Source of the DNA: Vitrella brassicaformis CCMP3155 | Lineage: Eukaryota; Protista; Chromerida | Assembly (NCBI GenBank): GCA_001179505.1 | Contig: CDMY01000013.1 | Span: forward strand, 62,001-126,000 | DNA: 64,000 bases | Direction: 5' to 3' | Part shown: piece after piece, positions 12,868-25,205 of the stretch | Layout of the letters: the number at the start of each line of letters is the position of its first letter | How positions within the stretch are numbered: position 1 is the first letter of the stretch | Made by a program: the position numbers and the translations under genes | The notes under the pieces: model-generated | What the model saw: the letters and a program-made list of their open reading frames with translations, nothing else | The model's database searches: none | What the model was told of the DNA's origin: nothing

Positions 12868-14593
12868 ATGTCCGGGTAAGGAAGGATGAAGAGAGGCACA
12901 AGAACGATGCGCGCATACGGCGGTGTGATGGCCCGCACTCGCCATGCCATGCAGCGCTGCCTTGCCTTGCCTGCGAAACGAGCCTATGCATTCCATGCCA
13001 CCCCACCCCACCGGTGTGTGTGCATATCATATCGCTTGGTTGGTGCGGTGCAGGCGTCGTCCGTACACGGAGGACGAGGACTTGAAGATTGCCCAGTACA
13101 TCCTCACGACCCAGGGTGGACCCAATGCCGTCGGTGAGCTGAGCACAGCACATACCCATCAACTCAACCCGGGTGGCTGGCTGGCTATGTCCTCAACTGG
13201 TCTTACGGCTCTCTCCGTGTGTGTTTCGCGTCAGGCCTTAAGGGCAATGAGGTGTGGCAGGAGGCCGAACGCAAGAAGGTGCGCCGACCGCACAGCATGA
13301 CCATGATGGGTGATGGCTATGCCGCGGCACGTGTGTGTGTGCTGTGTGCTGTGTGTTGTGTCCTTCCCCCCTCCGTCCGTTCATTCAGATCCTTAACCGC
13401 ACGTGGCAGTCGATGCGGGAGAGGTGCAAGAAACACATACTACCCAAGTTAGTAACCAAACGATAGACAGACAGACACCATGGATTGGATGCGATGCATC
13501 GAATCCAGACACACACAGCCGACATCACATCACCCTCTATGTTCCCACCCACCTGTGTGGTTCATTCAGTTTTGCCCATCTCCAGGCGGTGTTGCTGAAG
13601 GGTCCGGTTGCCGAGTCCCAGCAGTCGGTGGCCTCGGCCGCCAGAGCCTGGGAGGCCGGCGGACGGGCCGCCATGGGCATGGGGGCGGCGGCGGTGGGCG
13701 GGGGGGAGGTAGCCGATGAGATAGAGGAGCCGGGGCCGGCTGCGGCTGCTGCGGGGTACGTTCAGCAGCCGTATCAGGCACAGGCGGCCAGTCGCATGTC
13801 GTATGGCGCAGTGGCCAACGGTGCCGCTGCGGCTGCTGCTGCCGCCCCTGCGGCCGCTGCTGCCCAGTACGGTCAGATGATGCACCACCCCTACTACATG
13901 ATGCCTGAGCAGCACCAGCAGCAGTACGCAGCACCGGCAGCCGACGGAATGTATGAGGGTAGGCAAACCCCCCGCAACACACCACACACTGAATGGCAGA
14001 GGCAGACAGAGAGCATTTTTGCGGGGGCTGTGTGTGTGTGTGTGTCTGTGTGTGCAGAGGAGTTTGATGCGGACATCTGCGCGCAGAAGGTGGAGCAGGT
14101 CAAGAGGTAGGGCGGCCGCAGACCAAGACATGTATGCACGGATTCACGGACCTAGGAGCTCTCACTCGGCGTGTGTGTGTGCTGTGCTGTGGTGTGCTCC
14201 CTCACTGACTGCAGTTACTTCACGGATTTGTGTGACAACCACGGGTTTGATTTCGACGACGCCAACCTCAGCCTCATCCACTGGTTCAGGGACATGTGGC
14301 ACAAGTAAGCCACACAAACAGAGCAGACAAGCAGGCAGACAGAGAGACTGGCAGACGAAGACACCGTACCACACCGTATCACCCCTTGGCCCATGCCGTC
14401 CTTCAGAACCCACTTGGGCCCGAGCAGTGACCCCGAGGCGTACCTGGCGTTTTACGAGGAGTGCAGCGCCGTGCTGGAGAGCACGGGCGGCAAGACGGCA
14501 GAGGCCCAACAGGCCATCTTCCTCAAGTACGGGGCGGAGGGCGACGCCGCCGCCGCCGCACCTACGCCCGCCGTCCAGCGCATGCGCAAGTGA
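12868..14593 (+). CDS. Single Myb-domain protein resembling the telomeric Rap1 (TERF2IP) Myb domain, with Ala/Gln-rich linker and helical C-terminus
   Basis: Spliced reading: MSG|RRPYTEDEDLKIAQYILTTQGGPNAV|GLKGNEVWQEAERKK|ILNRTWQSMRERCKKHILPKL|AVLLKG..., ending ...AVQRMRK* at 14593. Splice phases across the Myb exons are consistent. Confidence 0.7.
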
Positions 14594-15704
14594 TGGAAAC
14601 AAGACACATACACAGACACACAGCACAGAAACCACACACCGATGAGGGTCAATGGCATTGCAAGGGAGGGAGGAAGGAAGCGCGTGGCTGAATGGATGGA
14701 TGGATGGGCGAAGGTGTGTCTGCGCGAGTGGTCGGTGCGTGCGATTGACTGGGTGCGGTTCATGGCCGGGTGGGGGGTATGGCATGACTGGACGGAGTGG
14801 TTCGTGTGAGAGGTGTGTACAGTCAGTATTTCTCCCCTCAGTGACTTTTCGCAACGGTGGTTGCATTCGAGTGCGTGTGTGATGGATACGGTCTGGCTGG
14901 CTGCCTGCATGCCCGCGCGGGAAGGAACGAAGGACTACCGCATCAAGTTAAGTCGACGTGACGCTTTCATCCTCTCAGCACATACGTGTCTGCGCGCGCA
15001 TGCACTGCATGAGTCTCGAGTGTGAAAGTCGGAAAAAGACAGCAATTGTCATGTCAGAGGGCGACAAATAGTGGACAGCCGAGAGAGAGAGAAAGAGAGA
15101 GAGACCGACCCGACCCAAGCACCTACCATACCCACCCAGGCCAAGTATACGACACACACAGCAAGGAGAAGACAGAGCTCTACAAAAACACCTAATAGTA
15201 TCTACCTGGAATAATGGAGCCTGGATTGGATTGGCCCACCTGTCTTCTTTCAAAGTGACTGACCCAAAAGGCCGACACAGACACGTAGCCAGCCCAGCCG
15301 CAGGTGAGTGAATGGATACCCACAGACAGACAGACAGACAGACACTTACCTGCCCTCTCTCGCCAGACAGCCACACGTCAACGCAGACACAGACAGACTC
15401 ACTGACTGGTGTCCCATCTCTCTCCCCGTCCCTCCCTCCCTCTCTCTTTCTTCTCTCGCTGCTACACACCTCAACAAAGACCACCAACGAGAGGTCCGGT
15501 CCACATCACCAAAGCAACCACGGACAGTACAGACATGTAACATCTATCTAGGCTAGGCCAAAAAAAGGCATGCAATGCAGCATCACCTTTGTCCGGTCCG
15601 CTACACGGATCCCATCACACTTGCACGCTACACAGTCACGTGACGCTACACCAACACACCACACCATCCCATCCCAAAAAGGGCTCGCATCGACATCGAC
15701 AGCC

Positions 15705-16520
15705 TCACATCGCCCACACCAAAAGGGCCGCGATGCCGCCCCACACGGCGATATGCATGGCATTGCCACGCGCGCCGCTGGTGGTCTCCTCCTCGCCGTC
15801 CGTGACCTCCATATCGACGCTCTCCTCGCCCCCCTCACCGATAACACCGTCAGCCTCGGGCGCCGCAGTGGTCACCAATGGACCCTCGGTCACTGACGGA
15901 GGGAGAACAGAACAGCACATATAGGTACCTGAGCTGGAGTGTCGTGTCTGTTGACGTCACATTGTGTGTACCGGTGAGGATAAACTTCTGCTTGCGTTCG
16001 CAGTGGTCATCTTCTCCACACACGATGTAGTAGGTGCCGACCTCCTCAGGGGTCCACACAAAGCCCGGCAGCCCGGCATCGTGGTCGCCGATGTACGTCA
16101 TCTTTGACTTGTCACATGACTCGTAGGCTGCAGACACGCAGACGTTCACACCAGGCAGATGAGTGAGTGCATTGCAGGTGTGCGATGGGCGATGGCATGG
16201 TGGCCACCATGGCGTACCTTCCTCGTCGCTGGCAAGCTTGACGTCGTGGAGAGGATCATAGACAAACCTCAGGCTCTGCCCGAGGGCGATGGCCATGTCG
16301 TCGTAGACTTGGCCTTCAGGGGGGATTACTGAGACAGACAGACAGACAGACAAGCAGACGCACATTCCTGACGCCTGCATAGTGTGCAGCCCCCTGCCTG
16401 CTTCAGCTCACTCCATAGTTTGTGGCCGTCCTGAGTCACCACATCGATGATGTTTGGCTGCGCAACGGCGAGGGAGATCAGTGCGAAGACCAGGACAACA
16501 AGCAGCATCATGCCAGACAT
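15705..16520 (-). CDS. Secreted, probably GPI-anchored phytocyanin (stellacyanin-type blue copper protein)
   Basis: Four exons. Signal peptide MSGMMLLVVLVFALISLAVA. Domain: LRFVYDPLHDVKL...AYESCD...GTYYIVCGEDDHCERKQKFILT, with a C-x4-H-x4-Q loop. Followed by an acidic Thr-rich stalk and a hydrophobic C-terminus (SGARGNAMHIAVWGGIAALLVWAM*). Confidence 0.85.
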
Positions 16521-16662
16521 CGCAGAGAATTGATGAGGTGACGATGATGAGAAGGATCAGTCCTGATGGATCTTCCAAGTTGCGCGAAGCCAGTGCTGCC
16601 AGTGCTGATTCGGGCCGAGCGATCGCTCTGGCGAGGTTTCATCCGGCCACAACGTTTCAGCC
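16521..16662. promoter_or_regulatory. Putative bidirectional promoter (phytocyanin / GT47)
   Basis: About 140 bp between divergent ATGs. No specific motif identified. Confidence 0.4.
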
Positions 16663-18775
16663 ATGAGTCCGGTCGTCAACGTTCTGCAGTTTCTTTACCT
16701 TCTCCTGGACTGCACCCTTGCAGCCCACCTCCTCACTTCGCTCCGCAAACCACCCCCGCCAGCGTTTTCCGCCATCGAGCGGCTGTGTGAGGCCGAGAAC
16801 ATCCGTGTGCACATCTATCCTTTGCCGTGGGACCTCGTGGCCACTGCATTCAACGCCAACCTGACTGGCCTCTCCAGTGTGGGCGAGTTCCTCACCAGAG
16901 AGAGGGTTTTTGGCCTCCCCCTCCCGCTGCAACCTTTTTCTGCGGCTACCGCTGCAGCAGCGAGATCGGTCCTCAAGGCAGCGAAGGATGGAGAGCTGGT
17001 CGCTCTCAGCGCGCCAGTGGAGCTGGGGAAGTCTGCGGCTCTGCTGTCATTGCAGCCGAATGAGTCGTCGGCCTCTCTGGTGCTGAGGGACACCCGGCAG
17101 TTCTCTCTCGGGCGGATCTTTCATCGGCGGCTGATGGAGCTGCCGCCCAAGTGTGTGGCCGATACGGCTGAGGATGGGACGCTGTTCTTCATTCCATACT
17201 ATAGGGGTAGGTGCGATGAGATGAGTGGGACGGACAAAAGGAGAACGACAAATGTGCGTGTGTGTGAATGTGTGTGAATGTGTGTTGCTGTGTCTGCAGA
17301 GTGGTACCATAATTTGATGCCTGCGTATCACCGTGGTCAGCTGACGGCGACGACAGCCACCACCACCATACTCAACGATCTATTTGGACAAATCTCTAAT
17401 ATCTTCCGCTCAAGTAACTAACACGGACGACAAGCAAACAAGACAGACAAAGAGACACACACACACCAGAAGCCCCTTAATTTTGCCTTTACCTTCTTTT
17501 CGTTCCTTCCTGCGTCAGCTGTGCAGCTCCCTCCCCTCATCTCCTCCCCCTGCACCCCAGCCGAGAACGAACTTGCAGACCTCTTCTCAAAGGAACCCTT
17601 CAGGCACACATTCAACCGGCACGCCGGTGCCGACCACTTCATGATCTGCCCCCGCACCGCCAAATCCACGGGCGACATCTGCCACCGATTCAAGTTCCCT
17701 ACCATCACATACGAAGACCCATTCACCAGCAGAAGGAGAGAGAACGAGAAGAGAGTGTCGCAGGATGACCCGTGGGGCAACGTCATCAAGCTGGCGAAGG
17801 AGAACGGCGACATATCGGTGCCACATCCGTCATGGGTGCATCGGGAGGGCAGCGGACACATCACTGCGCTGGCGTCACAACACAGCAACGTCCAGCAGAA
17901 CGACTCCCGGCCGCTGCTGGCTGTCTATGCCGGCTCCCTGATGGAGGACAGAACCTCTTTCTTCCTCGCTTCGGTGATTGGGCTGCGGAAGGTCTTCCAG
18001 GAGGCATGTCACTCAGTCACGCGAGACGACCCGCCGTTCTTTCGTTGGCAGACGGCATCTGGGGCGCTGGAGCTGACATACAGGTCGGATCAGCGGTGTC
18101 TGGTGTACGGCTTCCAGCGGAGCGAGCTGCAGGTCGGTGTGTTGGGTTCGTTCTTCCTGAGCGAGCAGCAGAGTGCCGAGGTGGCATTCCTGTACGGCAG
18201 GAGTGTCTTCTGCCTGCAGCCGCCTGGAGACATGCCCACCAGAAAGGGTCAGGAATACACAATCCGTATGCATGTGATGATTTGGCTAATTCACTCGTCT
18301 CTATGATTGGGTTCTCGTGCATGGCATGTCTGCAGGAATTCTCGATTCGATTCTCCTGGGCTGCATCCCAGTGCTCTTTGCGCGCTCCCAATACGACTAC
18401 TGGCACCCCTTCCTCAACCTCACGGAGGCATCGATCCTCATCGACCTGCCCATCCCCTCGCCATCGGCCCTCTGCAACGCTGCTCATTCCCTCTCCTTCC
18501 CGGTCCCTTTCGTCTCGACCACATGTGCACGTGAGAAGCTGCGGCTGCGCCAGGCGGGCGAGCGCATCCTGGCTGAGCTCGAGATGGTGCCCGAGGCGAC
18601 AATAAGGGCTAAGCAGGCCTATGGGCGGAGGATAGGGCAGTACATTCAGTACAGCGTGGGAGATGGCAAAGGGCAGGGGGACAGGGACGAAGATGCGCTT
18701 TATGTCGCGTTGAGAGCGCTTGCGAGGGAGAGGGATCGGGGAGTGGAGGCGTTGAAGAGACATGCAATGGTGTGA
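16663..18775 (+). CDS. Exostosin-family (GT47) glycosyltransferase
   Basis: Hydrophobic N-terminus, then IRVHIYPLP, LFFIPYY, NRHAGADHFMI, VPHPSWVH, LLAVYAGS, SVFCLQPPGDMPTRKG|ILDSILLGCIPVLF, YWHPF, all characteristic of GT47. Confidence 0.92.
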
Positions 18776-19064
18776 ATGTGTGTGTGGATCGCACGGCACG
18801 CGGACCTACACGGATGTCTATCTCTATCTGTGCAATCACGGACAGGACAGCCCGGGGCAAATAGACCCTTTCATGCGACAGCCAGAGCACAAAGTTAGTT
18901 ATTCGACACACGGCAAACCGGCCCGTGTATGCATGCATTACATCCGTCCAAAACCACGAAACACACACACGGCACATGAGTCACAAACAAATATATCAGG
19001 CACACAAAGCGAAGCACATACATACAGGCAGGCACCGCACCCGCATAGCACATCACCCATCTAT

Positions 19065-22000
19065 CTATGAGTATCTTGGTCCCGACACCGCCCCGCGCAC
19101 ATGCGGCGGGACCGTATCAATCTTGGCCTTCTTGAGCCAACAGGTGTTCCTCAACGTCTCGTCAGCCACATTGGAGTGGTAGTGTGTGAAGAACTGACAC
19201 TTAGCCGACGACTTGCTCTGACACATCGACTGGCACTCTATCTCGGAAGTGACGTCGCGCAAAGGCATCCCGGCCATATCGTTGCCGGGGTACTCTTTGT
19301 CAGGAAGCAAACCTCCTGCACACACAGCACAGGATGATGCATCAATGAATGAGACATGAGACAGCGACCTTGGTGTGCTGTGCTCTTGCCAAAGTGCTGA
19401 CTGACCGCATCCCTTCGGCCCGGTGATGTATCCCTTGACATTGGCGTTGTGTGCGTCCTTGTCGTCCATCCGCCGTTCCCGCTTCAGGTAACACGCCTGG
19501 GCGTCCGGCCGGTCCTCGCCCTTCGTCGCGCCTCCCACGTATGTGAAGCCGTTGCAGTTGGGGCTCTGCTGGCACAGCTCCTGGCACACCAGGGGGGCGT
19601 CGATCATCACCTCACCCCTGGCCGACGGGCGCTTCAAAGCTTCCCCCTTGATGGGCATGTTGGGCAGATCGGGGCCTTCGAAAGCAGTGTCCTCTTCCAG
19701 ACAGCCTGGTGGTCGGCCACACACAGAGACAGCAGGAAGGATGACCATCTCGTTCCATGTCTCCCCTCCGTGTTGTGTTTCTGCTTACTGCAGTATTTGG
19801 GACCGATGACATCGAGTGGCGAGTTGGTCGGCTCGACAACCTCCCTGCCGTATGCCGCCGTGAGAGTGCACATGTTAGTGTCCTCTCGCCAGTGAAAGCC
19901 CCTGCAGTCCCGCACTTGCTGGCAGCGGTACTGACAGAGGATTGCCGAGGTGACCTTTCCCTCGGGCGGCACGCGAGACAGAGGCCGAAGACTCCTGAAC
20001 GCACTCCACATGCACGGCTCTGCAAATGAAGAAACACATCAGTCAACCCCACCCCCAGCACACGCACAGAGATGGGTGTAGTGTATTGATGTGTCTGCCC
20101 ACCGTCTTTGGAGTATGCCGGCAGAACAAGGAAGCTTTCCCCGCCCGGGCCAGCCCCGGGGTTGATGGCGCCCTGCCACACCTCCACCTCACACAGCGAC
20201 AGAATCCGCCCCTCCTCGCCCTCCCCAGTCAGTTCAGGCAGCACCAGCCAGACGTACTGTCCCACAGGCAGGTTGCTGCAGTTGAGCTGCGTGAACTCGC
20301 CTGGCGGGAAGTCGGGGGGCGTCACGTCCACAACGCACTGGGCGTTGGCGGGGTCGTCGTAAGAAGACACGCTGGGCCCCACATACACCTCCACGCCATC
20401 GATCCTGGGGGAAGGAAGAATGGGAGAGCTGACAATCAATGGTGTGTGTCGTCTGTTTGTGCGGTCTCTGCGCGCACCAGTCGGTGTGTGTCTTGCGGTT
20501 CAGAATTCTGACTGCTCCGATGGTGTACGGCCTCGTCAGCTCCACTCGCCACCAGGGGCGCTTGCCAGGCAGCTGCAGACACAAGGTTCACACACACATC
20601 GTGCACAGAGGAGATTGCATGGGTGTGGATTGTAACCGTCTCAGAGCAGAGTGTGGATGAGAGCGTGCCATCGACGGCAAGGCTGCTGGCGTGGGGGACA
20701 CTTGCCTCCTGCTCCTCCTCCTCCTCCTGGACCGGCCTGTTGGGATCGAGCTCTGCTGGCGAGGAAGTTGTGCTCACGACTGGCTTGGGGAAGTGATCTG
20801 TCGGCCTGCAGGCCACACATCACACCACGCAGACCGGCTTTGTTGCTCCGGAATGTGAGCTCACATACGTACCTCACTCACCTGTGGAAAGCGAGATTGG
20901 GTGGAATGGCTTTGAGTCTCAGGTTCCTCTCCCTCTGTATGGCCTTGAGTTCGTGTTCATAGTACCCCAGGACCTCCACCTCACACAGCGACAGGACCGT
21001 GCTGGGGTCGCCAGGCATGGCCACCCACACGTATCGACCTTCAGGCCACCCGAAGTCAGCCAGCTTCTGGCACTCGATAAGGGTGGTGCCGAACATCTCC
21101 CAGTTGCTCTGCACGCCGCCCTTGGGGATGCAGGGCAGGTTGCCCGGCGATCGGAAGGCGCAGGCGTTGTTGCCTATCCAGATCTCGGCTCCACGGAGGC
21201 TGGGAGGGAAGAGAGACAGCATGCCATGCTCGTGAAGTGAGATGCGCGAGGGTATGTTTCCCTCTTGTTCTTGTCTGTACCGGTCCCTGGCCGTGATGGA
21301 GACCCCCCAGACGGGGTGAGAGTCCTTTAGGTCGACGCGCCACCATGGGTCCCATCCTATGTCCTGGGGGTTATGACAGACAGGTGTCATCCGTCTGAGT
21401 GGTCGGCCATTGCCCTCTATGCTCACGCACCGCCACAGTCTTGGTACACGACGGCGAGCTGCCAACTCGCGACATGGACTTCTGGCCATCGACGGGCAGC
21501 CACGCCTCGCTCCGCTCAGATGTCGAGCTCTGACTCGCCTCCCTGCATACACACACACACACACACACACACGATCACGCCTGTGTCTGTCATCTATCTC
21601 CCCCACGTACTCACTTCTCCAGGGCAAAATTGGTCCTAGGCGGCGGTGTGGGAAACGGCTCCTGCAGGGCTTCCTCTTTCCATGTCAGCGGCCCTCTGGT
21701 GGTGGTCGATGTGGTCTCCTCGCCAGGCCTGGCCGTCGCCCCTGGTGGCAAAGGTGTGGTGCTGACATTCTCCGTCGGGACGAATGGGAACTGTACGGTG
21801 CCGTTCTCGCGGTCGGTGGGCGGGATCTCGCCGACCTCTGTGCCCTGGCACATGCAGATGAAGGCCACCTGCTCGTACTTGGCGGTGGCCGGGCAGAAGG
21901 AGGTGGCGAAGGAGGCGTTGAGCTGCTTCAGGTCGCAGTACGTCTCGCCGTTGCACTTTTCCCTAGACACAAACCACGGAGAGACACATAGAGAGCGGAG

Positions 22001-23348
22001 GGGGTGTTTGAGGTGCGCTGTGAGGGTAAGGTGAAGAAAGCTTCCTTACGAGACGTCCTGCGTGATGTCCCTGAGCCTGCACTTGTCTTCATCGAATGAG
22101 GGTGTGGGTCTGCACTGGTGCTGGTCCTTCCTGCCGTAGCCGGCGTAGTAGACGTGGATCTCCTTGCCCATCTCGCACGACACGAAGTCCGAGTCCTCGT
22201 CACACTTGATGCGGGCTGACATGGACGGCGGCAGCTTCGTGTCCTGACACGTCTGCAGCGGCACATATGGCAGCGGCGGGAAGGCGTTCCTGGAGGGAGG
22301 GACGTCCTCTGATGGACGAACAAAGACCCATAGATGTTTGTTGTGGTGCGCGCGTGTGTGTGTGTTTGTTTCGCTGACCGGGCACCCCGCAGTGGCATTT
22401 GTATCTGATGTGGAGGTACTTGGGTCCGTCGCACGGGTGGCCGAAGTAGTAGAAATGCGCATACACCAGACACTGATGCTGTGTGTCGCACCCGTCCCTG
22501 CTCGAACAACCAACCATACACAACACACGCCTCTCTATGGACGGAAGCGCAAGAGAAGACAGACACTGGTTCGCCCCACCTCCCTCCCTCCCGTACTGAA
22601 TGAGCTTGGTGACGTCCAACGAGCAGTCGCCCAGCACAGGGGCCGGGGTGCATATGTCGGAGTCCCCCCGACCAAAGAAAGCCTCATACACATAGATGCC
22701 CTTGACGCCCCCAGTGTCCGGGCAGTGCAAAAAGTCCATCTCGCCCTCACAGATGATCACCTCCTGCACACTGTCGTAGCAATGAGGTCCCGTCCCTACG
22801 CCGCCCCGACCCTCTATAAAGACAGACGCCTCCAGCCGCCCCAGCTGTTTCCGAATGGAAGAAGGCACCGCTTCCCTTGTCCGTGAAGGCAGAGCAGCCG
22901 GGATACTCTGGGGAGTGCTGCTGACGTGCGGGAAGGCGTCGTGCTCACGGGGCGGGTCGAGGGCATTCACGAGGAAAGATGACCACACCTGAGGGGTTTG
23001 CGCGTGGTCTTGCACTGGTGTGAGGCTGGCAGCGGTTGAAATGGTTGAGCCATCGAGCCCAGCAGCCGTCAAAACAGAGAGAGAAGGACAACTCAGAGCC
23101 ACGAGTCCCACAATACTCCACCATAGCAGCCTTCTTGACCACAGCAGCGGACGGCGGCCCCATTTGCGATGAAGTGAGGGTAGCGGACACCATCCTCTTT
23201 TCGGGTCATTGGTGTGACGATCTCTGCATGACTGTAATGGGAAGAAGCGCGTGGATGTGGCGTCTGCAGCAGCCAGCGCCCTTGGTGGCGCTTCACAGTG
23301 CGATGGGCTGCCAGAGAGAGCAGCAGGGCTAGTTCGATGCGCTGGCAT
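19065..23348 (-). CDS. Surface lectin mosaic: signal/anchor + 2 SUEL (Gal/Rha-binding) lectin domains + 2 F-type lectin (FTP)-like domains + 3 PAN/apple domains
   Basis: SUEL: ICEGEMDFLHCP...IYVYEAFFGR...C; SCEMGKEIHVYYAGYGR...KCNGETYC. FTP: NLAFHRP...LAVDG...PWWRVDL...LSLCEVEV, twice. PAN: CQYRCQQVRDCRGF; CQELCQQSPNCNGFTY...CYLK; YPGNDM...CQSMCQ...CQFFTH...CWLK...SGPRY. The start codon is uncertain. Confidence 0.88.
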
Positions 23349-23495
23349 GATGGGGCAGAGGGGAGAGCTTGCCCCCCGTGCTTCGTGCAGTGCCCCCACG
23401 AGCCAAATTTCACCGATCCCTAAGGAGAAACAGTCGCCAGAGGAACAATGGTAGTGGATTGATCTGCGGATCTGCAGGGAGAAAGACAGCTGGCC

Positions 23496-24816
23496 ATGCT
23501 GCATCGCATCAAGCTGGTCTCCATCGTGCATCCTCGGATCTTTCTACCCGTGGTCATGCTGCTGACGCTGTCCCGCTGCTCTGGCGTTCATCCATACGAG
23601 AGGAGGTTTCATTCCTCAGCCGCCTTCCTCTCGCCCTCCACTGTCCACACGAGGAGGCGGGCATCGAGCCCAATTGCGACCAGTCTCTCATCGTCGATGA
23701 GGAGTGAAGAGGCAGCCTTCGGCAGGAGAGCGGCGCTCTCATCTATCGGTGCTGCCCCTTTCCTGCTGTCACTGATTCCGCTGGCCGATGCCGATGCGCT
23801 TGCCAAGGACGAGCTGGTCAAGAAGACGATGAGGGAGAAGACCCCTGAAGAGATAGAGGCTGAGAAGGAGGCCTTGGCGCAGGCCAAGCGAGAGAGATTG
23901 GAGAAGCAGAAGAGACTGGTTGAGGAGCAGAGGAGGCGGAGGGAGGAGGGCGAGCAGGAGGAGGGCATTGAGCCGACACTCTATGTGCAGGTGGGTCTGT
24001 CTGGCGGAGAGCTGTCCACTGTGTGTACTGTGTTGTGGTTGTTGGAAGGTTGCATCTCGCTCTCTGTGTGAGTGCAGTACACTTACCCCACTGCGCGCAA
24101 GAGGTATCTGCCTCGCGTCAAGGCATTAGCGGATGAGATTGGCGGCATCGCACCACTCGTCGAGGCGGGCAAGTGGGGCAAGGTCAAGACGTTCGCAGAG
24201 GGCACTGCAGAGGGTGCCAGACTACCGCTCAAGGTGGGTACATGCATTAATGGCATACAGACACACCTACACGCACGAGTGCGCTTCGTGTCCTGGCTGA
24301 TTGGATTGCAGCTGTATGCGTCGTCCCTCGCCGGGCAAGGGCTTGCCCAGTCGGCAAGTTTCATCAAAGTCATGAACAAAGAGGCGGAAGAGTACTCCGC
24401 CTCTTTGGACTCTTTCCAGAAAGCTGTCAACAAGAAGGACACCAACACGTCAGAAACAAGAAAGACACTCACCACCATTTCGGGACACGTGTGTGTGTGT
24501 GTGTGTGTGTGTTTCAGTGCGTTGGTCTCGCTCGCCAAGATGAGCACATCTCTGTCGACCTATCGGCGAGAAGGCAAGATTGACACCGAAGATGGGGGCG
24601 TCGGCAGGGTGGAGTCACAGCCAAGGGGCAGTGGATTCTTCAATAACAATCCGTCAGCCATCCACACACATGAATGAGTGTAGGGCCACATGGGTCACTC
24701 ACTGCATGTACTCTTGTTTGTGTCGACATATATCGTCTGGCAGGGGTCTCTATCAAAAGAACCTAAGCGCCCTCGAGAAGAAGAGGCAAAGAGGCGAGGA
24801 TAATGACGACGACTGA
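23496..24816 (+). CDS. Plastid thylakoid-lumen protein, PsbQ-like helical bundle, with tripartite leader
   Basis: Signal peptide + Ser/Arg-rich transit peptide + RRAAL twin-Arg-like motif and A-x-A cleavage site. A Glu/Lys coiled coil follows, then RYLPRVKALADEI...LVEAGKWGKVKTF, resembling PsbQ-type proteins. Last exon GLYQKNLSALEKKRQRGEDNDDD* joins in phase 2. Confidence 0.65.
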
Positions 24817-25205
24817 TCACAATGTCGAGTCGTTGCTGAACGGGCGGACAGAACGACAGAATGAGATGAGATGAGATGTGATAGTTTCCGGTGTTGATGC
24901 GTAGGGCTGCCAGATGTGATGCATGTGATGTGGGGATTCGATATCGATTTTGCCACTCGTTCGTTCATTGTAGGCATGAATGAATGGACAAACTGCGTCC
25001 AGACGCCGCGCTCATACTCACACGTGACAGTGTCCGTCCGTTGCACCTCTTTGACAGCTAATCAAACCACCCTCCCTCGTGCAGACAGACCGTTGAATCG
25101 CTCACTTCACTGGCACTCACCCAGTGACTGACATGTGACAGCCGGACTACGACACGAACAACGCATCCTGCTCTCTCCTCTGCCCTCACCACAGGTCCAT
25201 CACAA

